A DNA stretch of 64,000 nt from Nostoc sp. DedSLP01. GTDB taxonomy: Bacteria; Cyanobacteriota; Cyanobacteriia; Cyanobacteriales; Nostocaceae. The stretch covers positions 48,744 to 112,743 of the forward strand of contig JAVRCJ020000015.1 in NCBI GenBank assembly GCA_034530875.2, in the 5' to 3' direction. Every line of letters begins with the position of its first letter. The stretch's first letter is position 1. A program made the position numbers and the translations under genes. Under the pieces are notes generated by a model. It worked only from the letters and a program-made list of their open reading frames with translations. It ran no database searches and was not told where the DNA came from. Of the stretch, positions 31,382 through 42,506 are shown in pieces.

Positions 31382-32062
31382 CTAATGTCCAAGCATTGCC
31401 AAACTGGGTAAAAGGCGATAGCTTTCACTTTTAATCAAGATGGACAGTCCCACCCAAATTAAGACAAAGGGAAAGACTTTTCGACCATAGCGAGCTAAAA
31501 CCGGTGCCATCAGAGGATTACGAGTCAGGTTATAAGACAACAAGCACCACATTCCCAGAGTGAAATAACATACACACAAAATTACGCCCAAACTTGGGAG
31601 GCTGCTAGTAGCGAACAATGGTACATAAATGCCGATGTTGTTTCCGCCATTGGCAATGGTAACTGCTGACACGCGGTAGGTTTGGGGATCGCGGATGATT
31701 GCCAATAATGATTTCTTCTGCCGTCCAGATTTGCTAGGAGAGGGTAAATTAACTGACACATCTTGTACCATCTGTTCATCGTCTTCTCGGCTCATGAGAT
31801 TAGTGATACCAATAACGATGGGAAGTATACCTAGTAAGCCAATCCAACTACTAGGAATAATCAAACCGCCGAAGAAACCAGGGAGACTAGCACATACTAA
31901 CGCAGTGAATCCCACAAATTCACCGATAACAATATGCTTGGGGCGAAAGGTGCGGTTGACTTTTCCGAAGAAAGCCGTCAAGTATAAATTATCATCAAAA
32001 GTGGTTGCAAAAGCGACAGAGAACCCTATAATTACCGTACTTATTAGCCAACTCATGGTCAT
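31382..32062 (-). CDS. CadD-family (cadmium resistance) transporter
   Basis: FATTFDD, IVIGEFVGF and VTIANGGNNIGIYVPLF. Confidence 0.85.
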   Translation of the reverse strand: MTMSWLISTVIIGFSVAFATTFDDNLYLTAFFGKVNRTFRPKHIVIGEFVGFTALVCASLPGFFGGLIIPSSWIGLLGILPIVIGITNLMSREDDEQMVQDVSVNLPSPSKSGRQKKSLLAIIRDPQTYRVSAVTIANGGNNIGIYVPLFATSSLPSLGVILCVCYFTLGMWCLLSYNLTRNPLMAPVLARYGRKVFPFVLIWVGLSILIKSESYRLLPSLAMLGH

Positions 32063-32684
32063 TACTCACAATGATTCAATGCTGTTTTTCTTGATCCTTC
32101 TGGGCTTTTCGATTTCGATAGCTGTTTAGGATCTGGCGTGACTGTTTTTCCTAGCAACAACTGATGGAAGTTGACTAGTTAGCTGTCAATTTCCCAATTC
32201 GGAGTATTTTTTAGAAGCGATGCCTACGGCAGTAAACTACGCCTCTAATCAAATTGGTGATTTTTGTTCTCTGCAAGGTACCTTGGAGTTTATGCAGTCA
32301 ATATTATGACTTTTAGCCAAATAAGAGCAAATACTCTTGTTTTTTAAAATGATAAATTGAATTTATCAGCGAAGGCAGGAGGCAGAGGGCAGGAGGCAGG
32401 AGGAAAACTGCCCTGTGCTTCCTGTCGTGACCAGAGCGAACTTGCGGTTTAAGACCGCCACCTTTGTTGAAATTTGGTGGCTGCCCCTTCAGGGGATGTG
32501 AATCCCCTTGGAGAGCGGAAGCTTCTACCTCCTGCCTGTTTCAATAATCGTTTGATTCAGAAGAATTCCTCGATCGATCGCTGTGCCTAGATCGATTCAT
32601 TTTTTGTAAAGATTTTTGTCAACGATATTAGTAATGTTTAATTTTTTTAATAATGCAGAGTTCAATAGTCAAGAGCCAGAAGAG

Positions 32685-32818
32685 ATACCAATTCACTAAA
32701 ATTTTGAAATAGATCCAAATCCAGAAACCCTTGTAAAATATCGATTTCTTAATTTTGAATTTTGTTAGCGCAGCGTTACTGAGCCTACGAGCGTCATACG
32801 TGAATTTTGAATTGGTAT
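32685..32818. mobile_element. MITE-like element with 11-bp inverted repeats
   Basis: ATACCAATTCA (32685-32695) and TGAATTGGTAT (32808-32818). Confidence 0.5.
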
Positions 32819-32986
32819 GAATTGGGTATTCTTTATAAATCGCGAATGGATAAGCGGTGAAACACTACACCAAATTTTCAATTTCGTGGACTACAATTAG
32901 TGGCGGGTCTAAACTCCCGATTTTGGTGCTCTAATTCCTGAATTCTGAATCGGACAATTCTGAATTCTTCTCTTTAACTTGTAATT

Positions 32987-33427
32987 ATGCTAACTAGTGT
33001 TGACCGTCTATTATTTGTCCGGCGAGTCCCGATTTTTAAGGAATTGCGGGATGACTTTATTGTGCGGCTGACTTCAGTGATGAACGAACTATCATTTCCG
33101 GCTAATTACACAATTTTTAGGCAAGGAGAAGAAGGCCGATCGCTCTACATTGTAGTATCGGGCCGAGTTAAAGTTCATATTGGCAATAAACAGCTAGCAG
33201 AGGTAGAACGGGGAAAATACTTCGGTGAGATGGCGGTATTTGATACTCAACCGCGTTCCGCCAGTGCCACGACTCTAGAGCCTTGCGAATTTTTAGAACT
33301 GACACAAGAGCAGTTATATGATGCGATCGAAGAAACTCCCGAAATTGCAGTGAATATTATTCGTGAGTTATCGCGGTTAATTCGCAGGTTGAATGACGAT
33401 ATGAATACAAATGGAGTAAAAACTTAA
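32987..33427 (+). CDS. Stand-alone cyclic nucleotide-binding domain protein
   Basis: IFRQGEEG, LYIVVSGRV, FGEMA and PRSASA. Confidence 0.9.
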   Translation: MLTSVDRLLFVRRVPIFKELRDDFIVRLTSVMNELSFPANYTIFRQGEEGRSLYIVVSGRVKVHIGNKQLAEVERGKYFGEMAVFDTQPRSASATTLEPCEFLELTQEQLYDAIEETPEIAVNIIRELSRLIRRLNDDMNTNGVKT

Positions 33428-33485
33428 AAATAGAGTTTCAAATTGAGTAGATATTTAGCGATCGATGTCCGCTACATATCGATAA

Positions 33486-33941
33486 TTATTCCTTTTCTTC
33501 CTGATTATTTTTATTGTCGCTCGAATTTACAAGATTAAAATAATAACTTGTTACTCCAGCTGCTAAGGGTGTTAAAAAAGCATATAAACCTCTTGCCGTA
33601 TCATTGTTAGCTGCAATAGCGTCTTTAATATGGCTATCTTTATCATCTGCTTTGAGGTCTGCTAATTTTTGAGTAAGCTGATTGACAGTCCAATAGTTAA
33701 AACCGATAAGAACAATCAAAGTAAACCATAAAGATCCTCCAAGAAACATTGACATCAATAGCTTAAAAGTTTTACGCCCATCGACACTGGTTAACACCTT
33801 CACTGCTTCAGTTTTTGAAGGTGGGTCTTGAGTGAGATCCTTTGAAGATTCTATTGTAAGTTCTATATTTTCTGAATTTAAAGAATCGGATCGTTTTTTG
33901 TCCTGTGGAGACAGAGAATTAGATTGGTCGGGGTTTGACAT
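33486..33941 (-). CDS. Hypothetical two-TM membrane protein
   Basis: 151-aa AT-rich ORF with two hydrophobic segments. Confidence 0.6.
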   Translation of the reverse strand: MSNPDQSNSLSPQDKKRSDSLNSENIELTIESSKDLTQDPPSKTEAVKVLTSVDGRKTFKLLMSMFLGGSLWFTLIVLIGFNYWTVNQLTQKLADLKADDKDSHIKDAIAANNDTARGLYAFLTPLAAGVTSYYFNLVNSSDNKNNQEEKE

Positions 33942-34108
33942 AATTTACTACTTAAACAAAAATTTTCTCCCCTATTTTTAGGAAATAAGGGAGAAAAGTC
34001 TTATACAAAGCTTTTGCTGCATTTTTGAACAAGACTAAATTTCTTCAACTCATGTATGCTCTAAAAATTTACAAGTGCATACCCAATACTAGGAAATTAG
34101 ACTTGCTA

Positions 34109-34318
34109 TTATGCAACAACCAGCTTTTGAGCAGTATTCCCTTTCCTTAACAAAAGTTCAGGTTTTGTCTCTTCGGTGCGACTAGCATCAGAATAAACTT
34201 TCATTATTTCTAAACCTCTACGAAGAACTTCGCTTTTATCAATGTTCAGTTGTTTGGAAATTTCTTCGAGGTCTTTAGTAGCAGTTTCACTGAGACTAAT
34301 ATTAACTGAGCGTGCCAT
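34109..34318 (-). CDS. Ribbon-helix-helix (CopG-like) protein
   Basis: SVNISLSE...LEEISKQLNIDKSEVLRRGL, with a GGAG RBS. Confidence 0.75.
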   Translation of the reverse strand: MARSVNISLSETATKDLEEISKQLNIDKSEVLRRGLEIMKVYSDASRTEETKPELLLRKGNTAQKLVVA

Positions 34319-34524
34319 CTTAATTCTCCACTTTTATTGTATTAGTTGAACAAGCTTTTTGCTGCTTCATACTATTTTTTGTCATAGCTAGATACATTTA
34401 TGCTAGCTTAAAAAGGCATTACAGTCAAGATTTTGATTAACTATAACTTGTATTTAAGTCATATAAATCAAACTTTTAAGAAGTATATGTCTTCAGATAG
34501 AAAATTATTAGAAGTGATGACTAT

Positions 34525-35949
34525 TCAAAAGTATTTGATATATCTCAAGCTAGATTTTATAAATTTTAGTGGAATTCCTATACTTGTCCCCCAATGTAAA
34601 TGAACATAAGAAGCATAAACATTCATAGGCAAACCCCATCCCTCACATCCCATATTTTCTTCACAATCGTAGCGAGAAGTTTTAAATAAAGGCTGAGTAG
34701 GAGTTGCTGTTAAGGAAGAACGATGAAACTCATGCCCGTAAACAGTTTCACCTGCCTTAACTAACAAATTATCTTGCAAAGCTACAGCACGACGATACCC
34801 TAAAGTTAAACGTCCACCCATGACGGCAGATGTTGGTAAAACTCCCACCATCGACCAAGATTTTCCTGCAAAATCAATAATTTCCTCACACAAATACATT
34901 AATCCTCCACACTCAGCAATTGTGGGCATTCCTTTGATAATTGCTGTTTTCACTGCATCGCGGGCGCTGATATTTTCTGCTAATTGCTGGGCAAAAACTT
35001 CTGGGAAACCACCGCCAAAATACATTCCGTGAATATCTTTTGGTAGTTCAGCATCTATTAGAGGACTCCAGTAAATTAGTTCTGCACCTAGTTGTTGGAG
35101 CAAATCGAGATTGTCTTGGTAGTAAAAATTAAAAGCGCGATCGCGGGCAACGGCAATTCGGATTGGGGAATAGGGAGTAGGGAGTGGTGAGTAGGAAATG
35201 GGGAGAGATTTTGATTTTAATAACGGTAGTAAGCGTTGCCAATCAAAGCAGGTATCTCCTAAATCGGCAAGGCGATTGATTACAGCATCGAGTTCGGGAA
35301 GTTCTGCGGTGGGTACTAAACCCAAATGGCGATCGGGAATTGTGATGTTATCTTGACGTCGCAACACGCCAAGAATGGGTAATTGTAGGGATTCTAGGGA
35401 GTCTTTGAGGAGAGACAGATGGCGATCGCTTCCCACTCTATTTAAAACTACACCAGCCATTTTAATGCGGGGATCGAACGATTTGTAGCCATGAGCGATC
35501 GCTGCCACAGAACCAGACAAACGACTACAATCAATTACCAACACCACGGGTAAATCTAAAAGCCGTGCAATGTGTGCCGTACTTGCAAAGTCAGTTGAGC
35601 ATTGGGAGGGTTGATTGTTGACTGTTGACTGTCGACTGTTGATTGAGGAGTTATCCTTCCCATACCCAATTCCATCAAATAACCCCATTACCCCTTCCAC
35701 TAGGGCGTATTCAGTTTCTTGACTATGACGGGCAAAGCATTGCTGAACGTAAGCTTCAGAAGTTAGCACTGGGTCTAGATTTCGACAAGGACGACCAGTT
35801 ACATATTGATGAAACATCGGATCGATGTAGTCCGGGCCTACCTTGAAAGATTGTACGGGGCGATCGCGGCGACATAAAGATGCTAAAAGGGCGAGCGTAA
35901 CTGTTGTCTTGCCCACCCCACTACGTTCTCCAGCAATGATTACAGACAT
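34525..35949 (-). CDS. cobB: Cobyrinate a,c-diamide synthase
   Basis: SGVGKTT, FKVGPDYIDP, EGVMGLFDG, AECGG and GHEFH. Confidence 0.93.
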   Translation of the reverse strand: MSVIIAGERSGVGKTTVTLALLASLCRRDRPVQSFKVGPDYIDPMFHQYVTGRPCRNLDPVLTSEAYVQQCFARHSQETEYALVEGVMGLFDGIGYGKDNSSINSRQSTVNNQPSQCSTDFASTAHIARLLDLPVVLVIDCSRLSGSVAAIAHGYKSFDPRIKMAGVVLNRVGSDRHLSLLKDSLESLQLPILGVLRRQDNITIPDRHLGLVPTAELPELDAVINRLADLGDTCFDWQRLLPLLKSKSLPISYSPLPTPYSPIRIAVARDRAFNFYYQDNLDLLQQLGAELIYWSPLIDAELPKDIHGMYFGGGFPEVFAQQLAENISARDAVKTAIIKGMPTIAECGGLMYLCEEIIDFAGKSWSMVGVLPTSAVMGGRLTLGYRRAVALQDNLLVKAGETVYGHEFHRSSLTATPTQPLFKTSRYDCEENMGCEGWGLPMNVYASYVHLHWGTSIGIPLKFIKSSLRYIKYF

Positions 35950-36003
35950 GAAATAAGTTAGGAGTTAAGAGTGAGAAGTTACAAATTATAACTCCTAACT
36001 CTT

Positions 36004-36031
36004 GTACAGACGCGATTAATCGCGTCTGTAC
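36004..36031. repeat. Perfect 28-bp palindromic REP-like repeat, possible terminator after opcA
   Basis: GTACAGACGCGATTAATCGCGTCTGTAC; related copies at 11992-12017 and 20740-20802. Confidence 0.8.
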
Positions 36032-36033
36032 TT

Positions 36034-37398
36034 TTAACTCCCAGTCTTAAAAGTCTTCGCCATCACTGCTAGACTTTCTTCAAAAAGTGACTCGCGACCC
36101 CAGCGTTGCACCTGCTGACTCAGCAATGCTTCCGCCTTTTGTTCTGAAAGCGAACTCACTTGTTGAAATAGACCTGCGGCTTGGGCGCCACCGTGTGTTT
36201 CCATCCGCATACAACCACCCGTTTCCGAGCAAATTACCGTACCACAGTCTGCTTGCGGATTTGTGGAACTCAGGCGGATAGCAATCAAGTCACCAATAAT
36301 TTCACCGACATCAGCAACTGGGACTCCGGCTAACTCGGCTTCTACTTGTCGCTGGTCTTGGGCAACAAAGCGAATCCGACTGATGTCGTAATCTCCGCTT
36401 TCCTTTTGATAAGAAACTGGCTGCCATTCTAGCCGACTTGCCAGCCAACCCAAAAACAGCAATCCTTGTGCTGGGTTACCTTTTTCGTAATCAATTGTGA
36501 CTCTATCAATTTCTCTGAGGGCGGCGCGACGGTGGGGTGCGTCGTAGGCTTCAGCTGTCAACTCTTGCCATGCTGAGAGGCGACGCCAGTTCAAGTCAGC
36601 TAAGGGAACGCCACTTTCTACTAATTCTTGTAGGTGGAGTAAGTCGTTTTCTGGCTCATTAAAGCGGCAAGAATCCACAATCACATTATTGCAGACTGCT
36701 GCCAACCGCTTGAATAAAGTGTTGTTGGGGTCTGGTGTTGCCTTCCACCATAGAAATTTAGGCAAGCCACCAATTAACAATGCTGGAAGCATCCCTCCTA
36801 CACGTTCCAAAGCGGCAGCAGTGCCACTGAGAGTTATGTATTCGCAGCAGACGAGTGTACTTGAGGATTGCTTTTGAATGGGGCAATAAGCGGAAACTTG
36901 AGCTTTGACGCCTTCATCTTCTCCAGTAATCGGGAATAAGGCAATAATCCGACATGGATTACGGAGAGCGATTTCATCAGCTATTGTGGGGCTTGGCGCA
37001 TTTAAGTTATAGGAAGAACCATTATCTCCGCCAGCGCCATTTCCCTGACGTTTGGTGAATTCTTCCCGCAATATAGCCAGAGTTTCAGGTGTTGCGGTTC
37101 CGGTTTCTGGCAGTGCATATTTTACTTGTACTTGTCGCAGGGCAGCTTCCATCTGCGGCCCTAAAATTCCGTCCAGCGGCCCGTTATAAAATCCTAAAGT
37201 AGCCAGAAGATACTGAGTTTCTTCTGGTTCGTAAACGACTAAAGTAAATGTCGTGGCACGAGTAGCAGCAGGAAGCCCGCCATCCTCGCCAGTAATGCCG
37301 TAACTTTGCCAGATTTGATTAAGTTCCGCTTCTATTTCTGTGAGTGAAATATCCTTCGGAGCTTGAAGTGAAAAAATAGTAGAAGCTTGGGGAGCCAT
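36034..37398 (-). CDS. opcA: G6PDH assembly protein
   Basis: Lies downstream of zwf; PCRIIAL, CCEYITL and DLNWRRL. Confidence 0.95.
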   Translation of the reverse strand: MAPQASTIFSLQAPKDISLTEIEAELNQIWQSYGITGEDGGLPAATRATTFTLVVYEPEETQYLLATLGFYNGPLDGILGPQMEAALRQVQVKYALPETGTATPETLAILREEFTKRQGNGAGGDNGSSYNLNAPSPTIADEIALRNPCRIIALFPITGEDEGVKAQVSAYCPIQKQSSSTLVCCEYITLSGTAAALERVGGMLPALLIGGLPKFLWWKATPDPNNTLFKRLAAVCNNVIVDSCRFNEPENDLLHLQELVESGVPLADLNWRRLSAWQELTAEAYDAPHRRAALREIDRVTIDYEKGNPAQGLLFLGWLASRLEWQPVSYQKESGDYDISRIRFVAQDQRQVEAELAGVPVADVGEIIGDLIAIRLSSTNPQADCGTVICSETGGCMRMETHGGAQAAGLFQQVSSLSEQKAEALLSQQVQRWGRESLFEESLAVMAKTFKTGS

Positions 37399-37570
37399 AG
37401 TCAATTTTGGATTTTGGATTTTGGATTTTGGATTTGAGATTTGAGATTTGAGATTTTGGATTAAGAACTAGTAATTTGGTAATTAGTAATTGGTCATAGT
37501 TTTTCATATTTCCTATTACCTATTCCATATTCCGTCCCAATCTAAAATCTAAAATCTAAAATCTAAAATT

Positions 37571-39100
37571 TTACAGTCTGCGCCAGCGACGGCCATCCTG
37601 ATTAATTAATAATTCTGCTTCTGCTGGTTCCCAAGTACCTGCTTCGTACCGGGGAATGGAGGCCGGGTCTGTGGGTGCATCCCAAACGGAAAGGGCTGGA
37701 GTTACTACTTGCCAAGCTGCTTCTACTTCATCAGCGCGGGTGAATAATGTTTGGTCGCCCATCATACAATCAAGGAAAAGGCGATCGTAGGCATCGGAAG
37801 TTGCTTGGATACCAAAGGAACCATAACTAAAGTCCATGTCCACAGAACGAGTGCGGAATTCTGCTCCTGGCATTTTCACATCAAAGCGCAGGGAAATTCC
37901 TTCATTGGGCTGAATCCGCATTGCCAAAATATTGGCATTTCTTTGTTGCGCGGCGGATTGAAACATGCGTGAAGGAACGTCGCGGAAGTGGATGGAAATC
38001 TCACTGACTTTTTTCGGCATCCGCTTTCCAGTACGCAGGTAGAAGGGAACACCTTGCCAGCGCCAGTTATCAACTACAAACTTCATCGCTACGTAGGTGG
38101 GCGTTGTGGATTGGGGATTAACGCCTGGTTCTTCGTGATACCCTGGTACTGGTTGACCTTTCATCCAGCCGGCGCTGTATTGACCGCGCACTGCGGAACG
38201 TGAAAGATTATTAACATCAGCTAAACGGGTAGCTTGGAGTGCTTTGACTTTTTCGGTACGGATGCTGTCGGCATCCATTGAGTTGGGTGCCTCCATTGCT
38301 GTCAGGCAGTAAAGTTGCATTAGATGGTTTTGCAACATATCCCGCAGTGCGCCGGCGCTTTCATAGTAACCAGCGCGGTCTTCTACGCCTACGGTTTCTG
38401 CCACGGTAATTTGTACGTGGTCAACAAATTGCCGATTCCACAAGGGTTCAAAAATCGCATTGGCAAAGCGAAATACCAGCAAGTTCTGGACTGTTTCTTT
38501 ACCCAAGTAGTGGTCGATACGATAAACTTGGTTTTCTTTGCAAAATTTCTGTACTACTTGGTTGAGACTTTGGGCTGAAGCTAAGTCACGACCAAAGGGT
38601 TTTTCAATTACTAGACGATGTTTATAAGGATCTTCTAGCATCCCGGCAGTTCCTAACTGCCTAATAGCTTCGGGAAAGAATGCCGGGGCAACGGAGAGGT
38701 AAAACATCCGATTCCCTCGCGTACCCCGCTTTTCGTCTAATTCAGTTAATAAATTTTTCAGTTTTTGGTAGCTTTCTGGCTTGTCGATATCGCCAGGACA
38801 GTAGAACAAACCTTGAGAAAAGTCTTGCCAGAGTTCGCCCAATTCAACATCGGGGTGTGCCTCTTCCATACCTTTTTGCATTTGTTCGCGGAAGTATTCG
38901 TGAGTCCACTCTCGACGTGCTACGCCAACGATGGTAGTTTCAGGTGGAATCCGCCGTTCTCGCCGCAATTTAAAAAGTGCTGGTACTAGTTTGCGCCAGG
39001 TAAGGTCACCGGAAGCGCCAAAGATAACTATAATTTGGGGTTCGGGCATCCCTTGTTGTTGCAGACCAACGCGCAAGGGATTTTCTAGCAGACTGACCAT
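37571..39100 (-). CDS. zwf: Glucose-6-phosphate dehydrogenase
   Basis: GASGDL, EKPFG and RIDHYLGKE. Start set at MVSLLENP because the upstream extension is translated repeat. Confidence 0.97.
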   Translation of the reverse strand: MVSLLENPLRVGLQQQGMPEPQIIVIFGASGDLTWRKLVPALFKLRRERRIPPETTIVGVARREWTHEYFREQMQKGMEEAHPDVELGELWQDFSQGLFYCPGDIDKPESYQKLKNLLTELDEKRGTRGNRMFYLSVAPAFFPEAIRQLGTAGMLEDPYKHRLVIEKPFGRDLASAQSLNQVVQKFCKENQVYRIDHYLGKETVQNLLVFRFANAIFEPLWNRQFVDHVQITVAETVGVEDRAGYYESAGALRDMLQNHLMQLYCLTAMEAPNSMDADSIRTEKVKALQATRLADVNNLSRSAVRGQYSAGWMKGQPVPGYHEEPGVNPQSTTPTYVAMKFVVDNWRWQGVPFYLRTGKRMPKKVSEISIHFRDVPSRMFQSAAQQRNANILAMRIQPNEGISLRFDVKMPGAEFRTRSVDMDFSYGSFGIQATSDAYDRLFLDCMMGDQTLFTRADEVEAAWQVVTPALSVWDAPTDPASIPRYEAGTWEPAEAELLINQDGRRWRRL

Positions 39101-39279
39101 AGGAATTTTGGATTTTAGATTTTGGATTTTGGGTTGGGGACTGGGGTATGGGGCAAGCCGGGAGTGTGGGAGGTGTGGGAGGTGTGGGAGGATGGGGAAG
39201 AAATCTTTCCCCCTTCTCTCCCCACACTCCCCACACTTCCCCATCTCTCCATCTCCCTGTCTTCCCATCTCCCCATCCC

Positions 39280-40425
39280 TTACACAGGCGACAATACCTT
39301 GATTTTTTCTTCTAAAGAGTTCATCAAGGACTGGAAGGGTTGGATGAATTTGTCAATACCTTCAGCTAGGAGTTCATCCATTACGGCATTGAGGTCGATG
39401 TTGATGTCGGGGTCTTTGAGGTTTTCGATGAGCGTATAAGCTTGTTCTGTTCCTGTTTCTATACGATCGCCTACGTTACAATGATCGGCACAAGCTTTGA
39501 TGGTGGCTGGTGGTACGGTGTTCACGGTATCTTTGCCAATCAACTCATCGACATACATCACGTCGCTGTAGCTGGGGTTTTTAGTGCTGGTGCTTGCCCA
39601 CAGTAGCCGCTGTACTTTGGCTCCTTTTGCTGCTAAGGCTTGCCAACGATCGCTTTCTACAATTTTCTTGTATTCTTGGTAGGCTATCTTGGCGTTGGCG
39701 ATCGCAACTTTTCCTTGAACAGCTTTTAGCTTGGCTTCCAAGGCAATATCATCAACACCTTTTTTCAACTTAGCATCTATTTTGGCGTCGATGTTGTTAT
39801 CGATCCGACTGAGGAAGAAACTAGCAACTGAAGCAATTTTGCTGATGTCTTTACCCTCGCTTGCCCGTTTTTCTAAACCCCGAATATATGCCCAAGCTGT
39901 GTTGACGTAGCTTTGTACGGAAAACAGCAATGTGATGTTAACATTAATGCCGTCGGCAATTACCTCTTCTACTGCTGGTAAACCAGCTTCGGTGCCAGGA
40001 ATTTTAATCATCAGATTTTCCCGGCCGATTTCTTGAAAGTAGCGTCTGGCTTCGGCGATTGTTGCTTCGGTATCGTGGGCAATGACCGGTGGGACTTCGA
40101 TACTTACGTAACCATCGAGGTGATTCGAGGCTTCATAAACAGGGCGCAGAATATCGCAAGCACTGCGGATATCTGCAAAAATCAGCGATTCGTAAATTTT
40201 GTCTATTGGTAAGTTAGCGCGAACTCCAGCTTCGATATCGGCATCGTAAATGACATTGCCAGCGATCGCTTTTTCAAAAATCGTTGGATTGGAAGTAATC
40301 CCCACAATTCCTTGATTTTCAACCAAGTCTTTGAGTTCGCCTGATTGAATAATGTCACGGCTCAAATTATCCATCCAGATACTTTGGCCGTATTGCTTAA
40401 TTTCTAGTAGATGATTGGTTGCCAT
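39280..40425 (-). CDS. tal: Transaldolase
   Basis: GQSIWMD, TSNPTIF, MIKIPGT and [10 protein letters not shown]. Confidence 0.96.
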   Translation of the reverse strand: MATNHLLEIKQYGQSIWMDNLSRDIIQSGELKDLVENQGIVGITSNPTIFEKAIAGNVIYDADIEAGVRANLPIDKIYESLIFADIRSACDILRPVYEASNHLDGYVSIEVPPVIAHDTEATIAEARRYFQEIGRENLMIKIPGTEAGLPAVEEVIADGINVNITLLFSVQSYVNTAWAYIRGLEKRASEGKDISKIASVASFFLSRIDNNIDAKIDAKLKKGVDDIALEAKLKAVQGKVAIANAKIAYQEYKKIVESDRWQALAAKGAKVQRLLWASTSTKNPSYSDVMYVDELIGKDTVNTVPPATIKACADHCNVGDRIETGTEQAYTLIENLKDPDINIDLNAVMDELLAEGIDKFIQPFQSLMNSLEEKIKVLSPV

Positions 40426-40714
40426 AACTCTGGTTTTCCACTCCTGTATGATGTTTCTTAGTGAGGTTGGCATCCATCAAATTTTCAACTAGCTATCAGT
40501 TAACATCTGTTGGTTATTAGGCGTTAAATACTGTTGATTGTTGATGGTGACTTTTGAATTTTGACGTTGCCAATCACTTATTGCATCGACCAGCTGAGAT
40601 AATCCTTAATTAATTTCAAGAATTGCTATTTATGCATTCCCAATCCTAAATCACCATGATTAATTTTTAATTAATGGCATCTAAATGCATTCTCGCTCTG
40701 GTTCTCATCCTCAT

Positions 40715-41764
40715 CTAATGACCGTTTTGAATAAAAGACTCGACTTTAGCGACGTCTTCTTTACTACCAATAATTAAAGGCGTGCGCTGATGCAGTTTTT
40801 TTGGCACTACGTCCAAAATATCTACTAATCCTGTAGTGGCACGACCGCCTGCTTGCTCGATCAAAAAGGCTAAAGGAGCGGTTTCATAAAGCAGACGCAA
40901 TTTTCCTTCTGGTTTTTCAATTGTGCCTGGGTAGAGAAATACGCCGCCTTGAACTAAAATTCTATGGATGTCGCTCACCATTGCGCCGCTATATCGAGCG
41001 CTATAGCCTTCTGTGCGGTGAACGTAGCGAATGTACTCTCGAATTGATTCTTCCCATTGCCAGAAGTTACCCTCATTCACGCTATAAACAGCGCCGTGGT
41101 TGGGAATGCGGATATTTTCTTCTGTGAGAATAAATTCACCTAAGCTGGGGTCGAGGACAAAGGAGTGAACGCCTTTACCTATAGTATAGACGAGCATTGT
41201 GCTGGGCCCATACAGGATGTACCCAGCAGCAATTTGCTTACGTCCGTTGGCGAGTAGGTCAGTTGCAAGGCGATCGCTATCAGTACCTTCTTGTTGGCGA
41301 ATGGCAAAAATAGAACCTAAGCTGAGATTGATATCGGTATTCGATGAACCATCAATTGGGTCATACAGGAGAGTATACCGTCCAATGGGGCAATTTTCTG
41401 GAATATAGTACGGTTTTTCCATTTCCTCAGAAGCCAGGCGACAAACTAAGCCGCTTTGCTTAAAGACTGAGATAAAGACATCGTTAGCATAAACATCCAT
41501 CTTTTTGACGGATTCACCTTGCACGTTTACTTCTCCAGTAAATCCGAGAACGCCTTCCATTAAACCAGCGCGACTCATGCGACGAGCAATCAATTTGCCA
41601 GCCAGGGCGATGCGATTCATGAGGGCGCTCAAATCTTGTGCATCTGCGGAAAAACTTTGAAGTTGCTGTAAAACGTGACGGGATAGAGTAGTACAATCAC
41701 GATCTAAAGCTCTGTCTGTAGCCTCGTTGACGGACAAACCTAAAGATTCTGGGGCTTGAGTCAT
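40715..41764 (-). CDS. fbp: Class 1 fructose-1,6-bisphosphatase
   Basis: [16 protein letters not shown] and GKLRLLYE. Confidence 0.96.
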   Translation of the reverse strand: MTQAPESLGLSVNEATDRALDRDCTTLSRHVLQQLQSFSADAQDLSALMNRIALAGKLIARRMSRAGLMEGVLGFTGEVNVQGESVKKMDVYANDVFISVFKQSGLVCRLASEEMEKPYYIPENCPIGRYTLLYDPIDGSSNTDINLSLGSIFAIRQQEGTDSDRLATDLLANGRKQIAAGYILYGPSTMLVYTIGKGVHSFVLDPSLGEFILTEENIRIPNHGAVYSVNEGNFWQWEESIREYIRYVHRTEGYSARYSGAMVSDIHRILVQGGVFLYPGTIEKPEGKLRLLYETAPLAFLIEQAGGRATTGLVDILDVVPKKLHQRTPLIIGSKEDVAKVESFIQNGH

Positions 41765-42014
41765 TTTTTGTGTTCTCCGTAGCCACTAGCTGTTAGTTGG
41801 GTCGAATCGCAACTTTATGGTTGCTGCTTCTATCTTAGAAAGGTAATTTGAGAACTGAGATGCGACTTTAGATAAACTAAAGAAATGAATCTTTGATGAC
41901 TCTCATCCACAGAGCAATAACCGATATTGAGATGTTCGGGGGAGCGATCGCGCTCTAAATTCGATAAATTATTCTCTGATAACTAAAGCTGCAAGTTATG
42001 ATTTGCCAAATTTA

Positions 42015-42023
42015 TGATATAAT
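42015..42023 (+). promoter_or_regulatory. Extended -10 promoter element for the tRNA
   Basis: TGaTATAAT about 10 nt upstream of the tRNA. Confidence 0.6.
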
Positions 42024-42033
42024 CGCAAATCTG

Positions 42034-42105
42034 GGGCGATTAGCACAGGGGTAGCGCACATCCTTCACACGGATGGGGTCACTGGTTCAAATCCAGTATC
42101 GCCCA
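42034..42105 (+). tRNA. trnV: tRNA-Val(CAC)
   Basis: Acceptor stem GGGCGAT/ATCGCCC-A, anticodon arm CATCC-TT-CAC-AC-GGATG, T arm ACTGG-TTCAAAT-CCAGT; CCA not encoded. Confidence 0.95.
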
Positions 42106-42109
42106 TTTA

Positions 42110-42161
42110 TGTAGAGCGACAAATTATTTGACCACTTCAACAAATAATTTGTCGCTCTACA
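42110..42161. terminator. Perfect 21-bp inverted repeat after the tRNA, possibly a bidirectional terminator
   Basis: TGTAGAGCGACAAATTATTTG, a 10-nt loop, then CAAATAATTTGTCGCTCTACA. Confidence 0.75.
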
Positions 42162-42506
42162 ATTTATATGCACTAACAGTTTCAGCTTAGTAACGAGCGT
42201 TCAATTACCTTAAACTTTTTCACTCCAACCAGTATCAAGACTAAAAGTGTACGATTGAGTTGAACGCAAAGTCTATCGAATCTGGGATGAAGCACGTCCG
42301 ATCGCACCAGAACCAGAAGACATAGTTGAAATTTATCTTGTTCCAACTCTAGAGACTTCTTGCAGTGTTTGAAGCAACTCGTTAAGCTAATGCTTATAAA
42401 TTGATGTTTTTCTTGTTTTTTCAAGAATTTGCTGAGGCTAGTATTGGATCAGCTCTTCTCGCCAGTCGGCGGTGCTTCGTTGTCTGAATGTAATATTTCC
42501 ATTGAT

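Noticed and set aside
35950..36033. Cobalamin riboswitch upstream of cobB or cobD
   Set aside because: The leaders are short and contain only repeats; no B12-box-like sequence seen.
39101..39268. N-terminal extension of Zwf in the ORF track
   Set aside because: It is translated family B and STRR repeat; the conserved start is MVSLLENP at 39100.
42182..42424. 80-aa ORF as a fourth PIWI-RE operon gene
   Set aside because: TTG start without an RBS, no motifs and atypical composition.
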